NCBI GenBank assembly: GCA_964016885.1
Contig: OZ024740.1
Coordinates: 18,600,001 to 18,664,000, forward strand
Length of the DNA: 64,000 bases
DNA from: Eledone cirrhosa
Lineage: Eukaryota
Direction of reading: 5' to 3'
The notes beneath the pieces are model-generated. The model saw only the letters and a list, made by a program, of their open reading frames with translations, was not told the DNA's origin and made no database searches. Numbering within the stretch: position 1 is the first letter of the stretch; each line of letters starts with the position of its first letter. Shown here piece by piece: positions 29,101 through 43,800 of the stretch. Position numbers and translations under genes: made by a program.

Positions 29101-32100
29101 GTGTTATAATGTCCCAGTTGACCTATACTAAAAGGCTCCACTGATAGGCTTATGTGTGTTATAATGTCCCAGTTGACCTATACTAAAAGGCTCCACTGAT
29201 AGGGTTATGTGTGTTATAATGTCCCAGTTGACCTATACTAAAGGACTTCACTGATAGGGTTATGTGTGTTATAATGTCCCAGTTGACCTATACTAAAAGG
29301 CTCCACTGATAGGGTTATGTGTGTTATAATGTCCTAGTTGACCTATACTAAAGGACTTCACTGATAGTGTTATGTGTGTTATAATGTCCCAGTTGACCTA
29401 TACTAAAGGACTTCACTGATAGGGTTATGTGTGTTATAATGTCCCCGTTGACCTATACTAAAGGACTTCACTGATAGGGTTATGTGTGTTATAATGTCCC
29501 AGTTGACCTATACTATAGGGCTCCATTGATAGTGTTATGTGTGTTATAATGTCCCAGTTGACCTATACTAAAAGGCTACACTGATAGGGTTATGTGTGTT
29601 ATAATGTCCCAGTTGACCTATACTAAAGGACTTCACTGATAGTGTTATGTGTGTTATAATGTCCCAGTTGACCTATACTAAAGGGCTTCACTGATAGTGT
29701 TATGTGTTATAATGTCCCAGTTGACCTATACTAAAGGGCTTCACTGATAGTGTTATGTGTGTTATAATGTCCCAGTTAACCTAAACTAAAAGACTTCACT
29801 GATAGGGTTATGTGTGTATAATGTCCCAGTTAACCTATACTAAAGGACTTCACTGATAGTGTTATGTGTGTTATAATGTCCCAGTTGACCTATACTTAAG
29901 GGCTTCACTGATAGTGTTATGTGTGTTGTAATGACCCAGTTGACCTATACTAAAGGGCTTCACCGATAGTGTTATATGTTATAATGTCCCAGTTGACCTA
30001 TACTAAAGGACTTCTCTGATAGTGTTATGTGTGTTATAATGTCCTAGTTGACCTATACTTAAGGGCTTCACTGATAGTGTTATGTGTGTTGTAATGACGC
30101 AGTTGACCTATACTAAAGGGCTTCACCGATAGTGTTATATGTTATAATGTCCCAGTTGACCTATACTAAAGGACTTCACTGATAGGGTTATGTGTGTATA
30201 ATGTCCCAGTTGACCTATACTAAAGGACTTCACTGATAGTGTTATGTGTGTTATAATGTCCCAGTTGAACTATACTAAAAGACTTCACTGATAGGGTTAT
30301 GTGTGTTATAATATCCCAGTTGAACTATACTAATGGATTTAACTGATAGTGTCATGTGTGTTATAATGTTTCAGTTGACCTATACTAAAGGACTTCACTG
30401 ATAGGGTTATGTGTTATAATGTCCCAGTTGACCTATAATAAAGGGCTTAACTGATAGGCTTATGTGTTATAATGTCCCAGTTGACCTATACTAAAGGGCT
30501 TCACTGATAGTGTTATGTGTGTTATAATGTCCCAGTTGACCTATACTAAAGGGCTTCACTGATAGGGTTATGTGTTATAATGTCCCAGTTGACTTATACT
30601 AAAGGACTTCACTGATAGTGTTATGTGTTATAATGTCCCAGTTGACCTATACTAAAGGGCTTCACTGATAGTGTTATGTGTGTTATAATGTCCCAGTTGA
30701 CCTATACTAAAGGACTTCACTGATAGGGTTATGTGTGTTATAATTTCCCAGTTGACCTATACTAAAAGGCTCCACTGATAGGCTTATGTGTGTTATAATG
30801 TCCCAGTTGACCTATACTAAAAGGCTCCACTGATAGGGTTATGTGTGTTAAAATGTCTCATTTGACCTATACTAAAGGGCTTCACTGATAGTGTTATGTG
30901 TGTTATAATGTCCCAGTTGAACTATACTGATGGATTTCACTGATAGTGTCATGTGTGTTATAATGACCCAGTTGACCTATACTAAAAGGCTCCACTGATA
31001 GGGTTATGTGTTATAATGTCCCAGTTGACCTATACTAAAGGGCTTCACTGATAGTGTTATGTGTGTTATAATGTCCCAGTTGACCTATACAAAAGGGCTT
31101 CACTGATAGGGTTATGTGTGTTATAATTTCCCAGTTGACCTATACTAAAAGGCTCCACTGATAGGCTTATGTGTGTTATAATGTCCCAGTTGACCTATAC
31201 TAAAAGGCTCCACTGATAGGGTTATGTGTGTTATAATGTCCCAGTTGACCTATACTAAAGGACTTCACTGATAGGGTTATGTGTGTTATAATGTCCCAGT
31301 TGACCTATACTAAAGGGCTTCACTGATAGGGTTATGTGTGTTATAATTTCCCAGTTGACCTATACTAAAAGGCTCCACTGATAGGCTTATGTGTGTTATA
31401 ATGTCCCAGTTGACCTATACTAAAGGGCTTCACTGATAGTGTTATGTGTGTTATAATGTCCCAGTTGACCTATACAAAAAGGCTCCACTGATAGTGTTAT
31501 GTGTTATAATGTCCCAGTTGACCTATACTAAAGGACTTCACTGATAGGGTTATGTGTGTTATAATGTCCCAGTTGACCTATACTAAAGGACTTCACTGAT
31601 AGGGTTATGTGTGTTATAATTTCCCAGTTGACCTATACAAAAGGACTTCACTGATAGGGTTATGTGTGTTATAATTTCCCAGTTGACCTATACTAAAGGA
31701 CTTCACTGATAGGGTTATGTGTGTTATAATTTCCAAGTTGACCTATACTAAAGGAGTTCACTGATAGGGTTATGTGTGTTATAATGTCCCAGTTGACCTA
31801 CACTTAAGGGCTTCACTGATAGTGTTATGTGTGTTATAATATCCCAGTTGACCTATACTAAAGGACTTCACTGATAGGGTTATGTGTGTTATAATGTCCC
31901 AGTTGACCTATACTAAAGGGCTCCATTGATAGTGTTATGTGTGTTATAATGTCCCAGTTGACCTATACTAAAGGACTTCACTGATAGGGTTATGTGTGTT
32001 GTAATGACCCAGTTGACCTATACTAAAGGGCTTCACCGATAGTGTTATGTGTGTTATAATGTCCCAGGTGACCTATACTAAAGGGCTTCACTGATAGTGT

Positions 32101-33246
32101 TATGTGTTATAACGTCCTAGTTGACCTATACTAAATGGCTTCTCTGATAGTGTTATGTGTGTTATAATGTCCCAGTTGACATATACTAAAGGGCTTCACT
32201 GAAAGTGTTATGTGTGTTATAATGTCCCAGTTGACCTATACTAAAAGGCTCCACTGATAGGCTTATGTGTGTTATAATGTCCCAGTTGACCTATACTAAA
32301 AGGCTCCACTGATAGGGTTATGTGTGTTATAATGTCCCAGTTGACCTATACTAAAGGACTTCACTGATAGGGTTATGTGTGTTATAATGTCCCAGTTGAC
32401 CTATACTGAAAGGCTCCACTGATAGGGTTATGTGTGTTATAATGTCCTAGTTGACCTATACTAAAGGACTTCACTGATAGTGTTATGTGTGTTATAATGT
32501 CCCAGTTGACCTATACTAAAAGGCTACACTGATAGGGTTATGTGTGTTATAATGTCCCAGTTGACCTATACTAAAGGACTTCACTGATAGTGTTATGTGT
32601 GTTATAATGTCCCAGTTGACCTATACTAAAGGGCTTCACTGATAGTGTTATGTGTTATAATGTCCCAGTTGACCTATACTAAAGGGCTTCACTGATAGTG
32701 TTATGTGTGTTATAATGTCCCAGTTAACCTATACTAAAAGACTTCACTGATAGGGTTATGTGTGTATAATGTCCCAGTTAACCTATACTAAAGGACTTCA
32801 CTGATAGTGTTATGTGTGTTATAATGTCCCAGTTGACCTATACTTAAGGGCTTCACTGATAGTGTTATGTGTGTTGTAATGACCCAGTTGACCTATACTA
32901 AAGGGCTTCACCGATAGTGTTATATGTTATAATGTCCCAGTTGACCTATACTAAAGGACTTCTCTGATAGTGTTATGTGTGTTATAATGTCCTAGTTGAC
33001 CTATACTTAAGGGCTTCACTGATAGTGTTATGTGTGTTGTAATGACGCAGTTGACCTATACTAAAGGGCTTCACCGATAGTGTTATATGTTATAATGTCC
33101 CAGTTGACCTATACTAAAGGACTTCACTGATAGGGTTATGTGTGTATAATGTCCCAGTTGACCTATACTAAAGGACTTCACTGATAGTGTTATGTGTGTT
33201 ATAATGTCCCAGTTGAACTATACTAAAAGACTTCACTGATAGGGTT
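20135..33246. repeat. Near-identical tandem duplication of a 6,506-bp (~119-monomer) unit
   Basis: GACCTGTAC 20373/26879, CTATTC 20760/27266, TAACCTAAAC 23271/29777, GACGCAG 23593/30099 and CTCATTT 24351/30857, all offset 6,506. Confidence 0.92.
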
Positions 33247-35450
33247 ATGTGTGTTATAATATCCCAGTTGAACTATACTAATGGATTTAACTGATAGTGT
33301 CATGTGTGTTATAATGTTTCAGTTGACCTATACTAAAGGACTTCACTGATAGGGTTATGTGTTATAATGTCCCAGTTGACCTATAATAAAGGGCTTAACT
33401 GATAGGCTTATGTGTTATAATGTCCCAGTTGACCTATACTAAAGGGCTTCACTGATAGTGTTATGTGTGTTATAATGTCCCAGTTGACCTATACTAAAGG
33501 GCTTCACTGATAGGGTTATGTGTTATAATGTCCCAGTTGACTTATACTAAAGGACTTCACTGATAGTGTTATGTGTTATAATGTCCCAGTTGACCTATAC
33601 TAAAGGGCTTCACTGATAGTGTTATGTGTGTTATAATGTCCCAGTTGACCTATACTAAAGGACTTCACTGATAGGGTTATGTGTGTTATAATTTCCCAGT
33701 TGACCTATACTAAAAGGCTCCACTGATAGGCTTATGTGTGTTATAATGTCCCAGTTGACCTATACTAAAAGGCTCCACTGATAGGGTTATGTGTGTTAAA
33801 ATGTCTCATTTGACCTATACTAAAGGGCTTCACTGATAGTGTTATGTGTGTTATAATGTCCCAGTTGAACTATACTGATGGATTTCACTGATAGTGTCAT
33901 GTGTGTTATAATGACCCAGTTGACCTATACTAAAAGGCTCCACTGATAGGGTTATGTGTTATAATGTCCCAGTTGACCTATACTAAAGGGCTTCACTGAT
34001 AGTGTTATGTGTGTTATAATGTCCCAGTTGACCTATACAAAAGGGCTTCACTGATAGGGTTATGTGTGTTATAATTTCCCAGTTGACCTATACTAAAAGG
34101 CTCCACTGATAGGCTTATGTGTGTTATAATGTCCCAGTTGACCTATACTAAAAGGCTCCACTGATAGGGTTATGTGTGTTATAATGTCCCAGTTGACCTA
34201 TACTAAAGGACTTCACTGATAGGGTTATGTGTGTTATAATGTCCCAGTTGACCTATACTAAAGGGCTTCACTGATAGGGTTATGTGTGTTATAATTTCCC
34301 AGTTGACCTATACTAAAAGGCTCCACTGATAGGCTTATGTGTGTTATAATGTCCCAGTTGACCTATACTAAAGGGCTTCACTGATAGTGTTATGTGTGTT
34401 ATAATGTCCCAGTTGACCTATACAAAAAGGCTCCACTGATAGTGTTATGTGTTATAATGTCCCAGTTGACCTATACTAAAGGACTTCACTGATAGGGTTA
34501 TGTGTGTTATAATGTCCCAGTTGACCTATACTAAAGGACTTCACTGATAGGGTTATGTGTGTTATAATTTCCCAGTTGACCTATACAAAAGGACTTCACT
34601 GATAGGGTTATGTGTGTTATAATTTCCCAGTTGACCTATACTAAAGGACTTCACTGATAGGGTTATGTGTGTTATAATTTCCAAGTTGACCTATACTAAA
34701 GGAGTTCACTGATAGGGTTATGTGTGTTATAATGTCCCAGTTGACCTACACTTAAGGGCTTCACTGATAGTGTTATGTGTGTTATAATATCCCAGTTGAC
34801 CTATACTAAAGGACTTCACTGATAGGGTTATGTGTGTTATAATGTCCCAGTTGACCTATACTAAAGGGCTCCATTGATAGTGTTATGTGTGTTATAATGT
34901 CCCAGTTGACCTATACTAAAGGACTTCACTGATAGGGTTATGTGTGTTGTAATGACCCAGTTGACCTATACTAAAGGGCTTCACCGATAGTGTTATGTGT
35001 GTTATAATGTCCCAGTTGACCTATACTAAAGGGCTTCACTGATAGTGTTATGTGTTATAACGTCCTAGTTGACCTATACTAAAGGGCTTCTCTGATAGTG
35101 TTATGTGTGTTATAATGTCCCAGTTGACCTATACTAAAGGGCTTCACTGAAAGTGTTATGTGTGTTATAATGTCCCAGTTGACCTATACTAAAAGGCTCC
35201 ACTGATAGGCTTATGTGTGTTATAATGTCCCAGTTGACCTATACTAAAAGGCTCCACTGATAGGGTTATGTGTGTTATAATGTCCCAGTTGACCTATACT
35301 AAAGGACTTCACTGATAGGGTTATGTGTGTTATAATGTCCCAGTTGACCTATACTGAAAGGCTCCACTGATAGGGTTATGTGTGTTATAATGTCCTAGTT
35401 GACCTATACTAAAGGACTTCACTGATAGTGTTATGTGTGTTATAATGTCC
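29530..35450. repeat. Tandem duplication of a 2,948-bp (~54-monomer) unit, overlapping the 6.5-kb duplication
   Basis: GACGCAG 30099/33047 (also 23593/26541), CTCATTT 30857/33805 and ATGGATTTA 30333/33281, all offset 2,948. Confidence 0.9.
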
Positions 35451-37899
35451 CAGTTGAACTATACTAAAGGACTTCACTGATAGGGTTATGTGTGTTATAA
35501 TGTCCCAGTTGACCTATACTGAAAGGCTCCACTGATAGTGTTATGTGTGTTATAATGTCCCAGTTGACCTATACTAAAAGGCTCCACTGATAGTGTTATG
35601 TGTTATAATGTCCCAGTTGACCTATACTAAAGGACTTCACTGATAGGGTTATGTGTGTTATAATGTCCCAGTTGACCTATACTAAAGGGCTCCATTGATA
35701 GTGTTATGTGTGTTATAATGTCCCAGTTGACCTATACTAAAGGACTTCACTGATAGGGTTATGTGTGTTATAATGTCCCAGTTGACCTATACTAAAGGAC
35801 TTCACTGATAGGGTTACGTGTGTTATATTGTCCCAGTTGACCTATACTAAAGGACTTCACTGATAGGGTTATGTGTGTTATAATGTCCCAGTTGACCTAT
35901 ACTAAAGGACTTCACTGATAGGGTTACGTGTGTTATAATGTCCCAGTTGACCTATACTAAAGGACTTCACTGATAGTGTTATGTGTGTTATAATGTCCCA
36001 GTTGAACTATACTAAAGGACTTCACTGATAGGGTTATGTGTGTTATAATGTCCCAGTTGACCTATACTAAAGGGCTTCACTGATAGTGTTATCTGTGTTA
36101 TAATGTCCCAGTTGACCTATACTGATGGATTTCACTGATAGTGTCATGTGTGTTATAATGTCCCAGTTGACCTATACTAAAGGGCTTCACTGATAGTGTT
36201 ATGTGTTATAATGTCCCAGTTGACCTATACTAAAGGGCTTCACTGATAGTGTTATGTGTGTTATAATGTCCCAGTTGACCTATACTAAAGGACTTCACTG
36301 ATAGGGTTATGTGTGTTATAATTTCCCAGTTGACCTATACTAAAAGGCTCCACTGATAGTGTTATGTGTGTTATAATGTCCCAGTTGACCTATACTAAAA
36401 GGCTCCACTGATAGGGTTATGTGTATTATAATGTCCCAGTTGACCTATACTAAAGGACTTCACTGATAGGGTTATGTGTGTTATAATTTCCCAGTTGACC
36501 TATACTAAAAGGCTCCACTGATAGGCTTATGTGTGTTATAATGTCCCAGTTGACCTATACTAAAAGGCTCCACTGATAGGGTTATGTGTGTTATAATGTC
36601 CCAGTTGACCTATACTAAAGGACTTCACTGATAGGGTTATGTGTGTTATAATTTCCCAGTTGACCTATACTAAAAGGCTCCACTGATAGGCTTATGTGTG
36701 TTATAATGTCCCAGTTGACCTATACTAAAAGGCTCCACTGATAGGGTTATGTGTGTTATAATGTCCCAGTTGACCTATACTAAAGGACTTCACTGATAGG
36801 GTTATGTGTGTTATAATGTCCCAGTTGACCTATACTAAAGGACTTCACTGATAGGGTTATGTGTGTTATAATGTCCCAGTTGACCTATACTAAAGGGCTC
36901 CATTGATAGGGTTATGTGTGTTATAATGTCCCAGTTGACCTATACTAAAGGACTTCACTGATAGGGTTATGTGTGTTATAATGTAACAGTTGACCTATAC
37001 TAAAGGACTTCACTGATAGGGTTATGTGTGTTATAATGTCCCAGTTGACCTATACTAAAGGACTTCACTGATAGGGTTACGTGTGTTATAATGTCCCAGT
37101 TGACCTATACTAAAGGACTTCACTGATAGTGTTATGTGTGTTATAATGTCCCAGTTGAACTATACTAAAGGACTTCACTTATAGGGTTATGTGTGTTATA
37201 ATGTCCCAGTTGACCTATACTAAAGGGCTTCACTGATAGTGTTATGTGTGTTATAATGTCCCAGTTGACCTATACTAAAGGGCTTCACTGATAGTGTTAT
37301 GTGTTATAATGTCCCAGTTGACCTATACTAAAGGGCTTCACTGATAGTGTTATGTGTGTTATAATGTCCCAGTTGACCTATACTAAAGGACTTCACTGAT
37401 AGTGTTATGTGTTATAATGTCCCAGTTGACCTATACTAAAGGACTTCACTGATAGGGTTATGTGTGTTATAATGTCCCAGTTGACCTATACTTAAGGGCT
37501 TCACTGATAGTGTTATGTGTGTTGCAATGACCCAGTTGACCTATACTAAAGGGCTTCACCGATAGTGTTATGTGTGTTATAATGTCCCAGTTGACCTATA
37601 CTAAAGGGCTTCACTGATAGTGTTATGTGTTATAATGTCCCAGTTGACCTATACTAAAGGACTACACTGAAAGCGTTATGTGTGTTATAATGTCCCAGTT
37701 GACCTATACTAAAAGGCTCCACTGATAGGCTTATGTGTGTTATAATGTCCCAGTTGACCTATACTAAAAGGCTCCACTGATAGGGTTATGTGTGTTATAA
37801 TGTCCCAGTTGACCTATACTAAAGGACTTCTCTGATAGGGTTATGTGTGTTATAATGTCCCAGTTGAACTATACTAAAGGACTTCACTTATAGGGTTAT

Positions 37900-40800
37900 G
37901 TGTGTTATAATGTCCCAGTTGACCTATACTAAAGGGCTTCACTGATAGTGTTATGTGTGTTATAATGTCCCCGTTGACCTATACTAAAGGGCTTCACTGA
38001 TAGTGTTATGTGTGTTATAATGTCCCAGTTGAACTATACTAAAGGACTTCACTTATAGGGTTATGTGTGTTATAATGTCCCAGTTGACCTATACTAAAGG
38101 GCTTCACTGATAGTGTTATGTGTGTTATAATGTCCCCGTTGACCTATACTAAAGGGCTTCACTGATAGTGTTATGTGTGTTATAATGTCCCAGTTGACCT
38201 ATACTAAAGGACTTCACTGATAGGGTTATGTGTGTTATAATGTCCCAGTTGACCTATACTTAAGGGCTTCACTGATAGTGTTATGTGTGTTGTAATGACC
38301 CAGTTGACCTATACTAAAGGGCTTCACCGATAGTGTTATGTGAGTTATAATGTCCCAGTTGTCCTATACTAAAGGGCTTCACTGATAGTGTTATATGTTA
38401 TAATGTCCTAGTTGACCTATACTAAAGGGCTTCACTGATAGTGTTATATGTTATAATGTCCTAGTTGACCTATACTAAAGGGCATCACTGATAGGGTTAT
38501 GTGTGTTATAATGTCCCAGTTGACCTATACTTAAGGGCTTCACTGATAGGGTTATGTGTGTTATAATGTCCCAGTTGACCTATACTAAAGGACTTCACTG
38601 ATAGGGTTATGTGTGTTATAATGTCCCAGTTGACCTATACTAAAGGGCTCCATTGATAGTGTTATGTGTGTTATAATGTCCCAGTTGACCTATACTAAAG
38701 GACTTCACTGATAGGGTTATGTGTGTTATAATGTCCCAGTTGACCTATACTAAAGGACTTCACTGATAGGGTTATGTGTGTTATAATGTCCCAGTTGACC
38801 TATACTAAAGGACTTCACTGATAGGGTTACGTGTGTTATAATGTCCCAGTTGACCTATACTAAAGGACTTCACTGATAGTGTTATGTGTGTTATAATGTC
38901 CCAGTTGAACTATACTAAAGGACTTCACTTATAGGGTTATGTGTGTTATAATGTCCCAGTTGACCTATACTAAAGGGCTTCACTGATAGTGTTATGTGTG
39001 TTATAATGTCCCAGTTGACCTATACTAAAGGGCTTCACTGATAGTGTTATGTGTTATAATGTCCCAGTTGACCTATACTAAAGGGCTTCACTGATAGTGT
39101 TATGTGTGTTATAATGTCCCAGTTGACCTATACTAAAGGACTTCACTGATAGGGTTATGTGTGTTATAATGTCCCAGTTGACCTATACTAAAGGGCTTCA
39201 CTGATAGTGTTATGTGTTATAATGTCCCAGTTGACCTATACTAAAGGACTTCACTGATAGGGTTATGTGTGTTATAATGTCCCAGTTGACCTATACTTAA
39301 GGGCTTCACTGATAGTGTTATGTGTGTTGCAATGACTCAGTTGACCTATACTAAAGGGCTTCACCGATAGTGTTATGTGTGTTATAATGTCCCAGTTGAC
39401 CTATACTAAAGGGCTTCACTGATAGTGTTATGTGTTATAATGTCCTAGTTGACCTATACTAAAGGGCTTCACTGATAGTGTTATGTGTGTTATAATGTCC
39501 CAGTTGACCTATACTAAAAGACTTCACTGATAGGGTTATGTGTGTTATAATGTCCCAGTTGACCTATACTAAAGGACTACACTGAAAGTGTTATTTGTGT
39601 TATAATGTCCCAGTTGACCTATACTAAAAGGCTCCACTGATAGGCTTATGTGTGTTATAATGTCCCAGTTGACCTATACTAAAAGGCTCCACTGATAGGG
39701 TTATGTGTGTTATAATGTCCCGGTTGACCTATACTAAAGGACTTCACTGATAGGGTTATGTGTGTTATAATGTCCCAGTTGAACTATACTAAAGGACTTC
39801 ACTTATAGGGTTATGTGTGTTATAATGTCCCAGTTGACCTATACTAAAGGGCTTCACTGATAGTGTTATGTGTGTTATAATGTCCCCGTTGACCTATACT
39901 AAAGGGCTTCACTGATAGTGTTATGTGTGTTATAATGTCCCAGTTGAACTATACTAAAGGACTTCACTTATAGGGTTATGTGTGTTATAATGTCCCAGTT
40001 GACCTATACTAAAGGGCTTCACTGATAGTGTTATGTGTGTTATAATGTTCCCGTTGACCTATACTAAAGGGCTTCACTGATAGTGTTATGTGTGTTATAA
40101 TGTCCCAGTTGACCTATACTAAAGGACTTCACTGATAGTGTTATGTGTGTTATAATGTCCCAGTTGACCTATACTAAAGGGCTTCACTGATAGTGTTATG
40201 TGTGTTATAATGTCCCAGTTGACCTATACTAAAGGACTTCACTGATAGTGTTATGCGTGTTATAATGTCCCAGTTGACCTATACTAAAGGACTTCACTGA
40301 TAGGGTTATGTGTGTTATAATGTCCCAGTTGACCTATACTAAAGGGCTCCATTGATAGTGTTATGTGTGTTATAATGTCCCAGTTGACCTATACTAAAGG
40401 ACTTCACTGATAGGGTTATGTGTGTTATAATGTAACAGTTGACCTATACTAAAGGACTTCACTGATAGGGTTATGTGTGTTATAATGTCCCAGTTGACCT
40501 ATACTAAAGGACTTCACTGATAGGGTTACGTGTGTTATAATGTCCCAGTTGACCTATACTAAAGGACTTCACTGATAGTGTTATGTGTGTTATAATGTCC
40601 CAGTTGAACTATACTAAAGGACTTCACTTATAGGGTTATGTGTGTTATAATGTCCCAGTTGACCTATACTAAAGGGCTTCACTGATAGTGTTATGTGTGT
40701 TATAATGTCCCAGTTGACCTATACTAAAGGGCTTCACTGATAGTGTTATGTGTTATAATGTCCCAGTTGACCTATACTAAAGGGCTTCACTGATAGTGTT

Positions 40801-43800
40801 ATGTGTGTTATAATGTCCCAGTTGACCTATACGAAAGGGCTCCACTGATAGTGTTATGTGTGTTATAATGTCCCAGTTGACCTATACTAAAAGGCTCCAC
40901 TGATAGGGTTATGTGTGTTATAATGTCCCAGTTGACCTATACTAAAGGACTTCACTGATAGGGTTATGTGTGTTATAATGTCCCAGTTGACCTATACTAA
41001 AGGGCTTCACTGATAGTGTTATGTGTTATAATGTCCCAGTTGACCTATACTAAAGGGCTTCACTGATAGTGTTATGTGTGTTACAATGTCCCAGTTGACC
41101 TATACTAAAAGACTTCACTGATAGGCTTATGTGTGTTATAATGTCCCAGTTGACCTATACTAAAGGGCTTCACTGATAGTGTTATGTGTTATAATGTCCC
41201 AGTTGACCTATACTAAAGGGCTTCACCGATAGTGTTATGCTGTTATAATGTCCCAGTTGACCTATACTAAAGGGCTTCACTGATAGTGTTATGTGTGTTG
41301 TAATGACCCAGTTGACCTATACTAAAGGGCTTCACCGATAGTGTTATGTGTGTTATAATGTCCCAGTTGACCTATACTAAAGGGCTTCACTGATAGTGTT
41401 ATATGTTATAATGTCCTAGTTGACCTATACTAAAGGGCTTCACTGATAGTGTTATGTGTGTTATAATGTCCCAGTTGACTTATACTAAAAGACTTCACTG
41501 ATAGGGTTATGTGTGTTATAATGTCCCAGTTGACCTATACTAAAGGACTTCACTGATAGGGTTATGTGTGTTATAATGTCCCAGTTGAACTATACTAAAA
41601 GACTTCACTGATAGGGTTATGTGTGTTATAATATCCCAGTTGAACTATACTAAAGGGCTTCACTGATAGTGTTATGTGTGTTATAATGTCCCAGTTGACC
41701 TATACTAAAGGGCTTCACTGATAGTGTTATGTGTGTTATAATGTCCCCGTTGACCTATACTAAAGGGCTTCACTGATAGTGTTATGTGTGTTATAATGTC
41801 CCAGTTGAACTATACTAAAGGACTTCACTTATAGGGTTATGTGTGTTATAATGTCCCAGTTGACCTATACTAAAGGGCTTCACTGATAGTGTTATGTGTG
41901 TTATAATGTCCCCGTTGACCTATACTAAAGGGCTTCACTGATAGTGTTATGTGTGTTATAATGTCCCAGTTGACCTATACTAAAGGACTTCACTGATAGG
42001 GTTATGTGTGTTATAATGTCCCAGTTGACCTATACTTAAGGGCTTCACTGATAGTGTTATGTGTGTTGTAATGACCCAGTTGACCTATACTAAAGGGCTT
42101 CACCGATAGTGTTATGTGAGTTATAATGTCCCAGTTGTCCTATACTAAAGGGCTTCACTGATAGTGTTATATGTTATAATGTCCTAGTTGACCTATACTA
42201 AAGGGCTTCACTGATAGTGTTATATGTTATAATGTCCTAGTTGACCTATACTAAAGGGCATCACTGATAGGGTTATGTGTGTTATAATGTCCCAGTTGAC
42301 CTATACTTAAGGGCTTCACTGATAGGGTTATGTGTGTTATAATGTCCCAGTTGACCTATACTAAAGGACTTCACTGATAGGGTTATGTGTGTTATAATGT
42401 CCCAGTTGACCTATACTAAAGGGCTCCATTGATAGTGTTATGTGTGTTATAATGTCCCAGTTGACCTATACTAAAGGACTTCACTGATAGGGTTATGTGT
42501 GTTATAATGTCCCAGTTGACCTATACTAAAGGACTTCACTGATAGGGTTATGTGTGTTATAATGTCCCAGTTGACCTATACTAAAGGACTTCACTGATAG
42601 GGTTACGTGTGTTATAATGTCCCAGTTGACCTATACTAAAGGACTTCACTGATAGTGTTATGTGTGTTATAATGTCCCAGTTGAACTATACTAAAGGACT
42701 TCACTTATAGGGTTATGTGTGTTATAATGTCCCAGTTGACCTATACTAAAGGGCTTCACTGATAGTGTTATGTGTGTTATAATGTCCCAGTTGACCTATA
42801 CTAAAGGGCTTCACTGATAGTGTTATGTGTTATAATGTCCCAGTTGACCTATACTAAAGGGCTTCACTGATAGTGTTATGTGTGTTATAATGTCCCAGTT
42901 GACCTATACTAAAGGACTTCACTGATAGGGTTATGTGTGTTATAATGTCCCAGTTGACCTATACTAAAGGGCTTCACTGATAGTGTTATGTGTTATAATG
43001 TCCCAGTTGACCTATACTAAAGGACTTCACTGATAGGGTTATGTGTGTTATAATGTCCCAGTTGACCTATACTTAAGGGCTTCACTGATAGTGTTATGTG
43101 TGTTGCAATGACTCAGTTGACCTATACTAAAGGGCTTCACCGATAGTGTTATGTGTGTTATAATGTCCCAGTTGACCTATACTAAAGGGCTTCACTGATA
43201 GTGTTATGTGTTATAATGTCCTAGTTGACCTATACTAAAGGGCTTCACTGATAGTGTTATGTGTGTTATAATGTCCCAGTTGACCTATACTAAAAGACTT
43301 CACTGATAGGGTTATGTGTGTTATAATGTCCCAGTTGACCTATACTAAAGGACTACACTGAAAGTGTTATGTGTGTTATAATGTCCCAGTTGACCTATAC
43401 TAAAAGGCTCCACTGATAGGCTTATGTGTGTTATAATGTCCCAGTTGACCTATACTAAAAGGCTCCACTGATAGGGTTATGTGTGTTATAATGTCCCAGT
43501 TGACCTATACTAAAGGACTTCACTGATAGGGTTATGTGTGTTATAATGTCCCAGTTGAACTATACTAAAGGACTTCACTTATAGGGTTATGTGTGTTATA
43601 ATGTCCCAGTTGACCTATACTAAAGGGCTTCACTGATAGTGTTATGTGTGTTATAATGTCCCCGTTGACCTATACTAAAGGGCTTCACTGATAGTGTTAT
43701 GTGTGTTATAATGTCCCAGTTGAACTATACTAAAGGACTTCACTTATAGGGTTATGTGTGTTATAATGTCCCAGTTGACCTATACTAAAGGGCTTCACTG

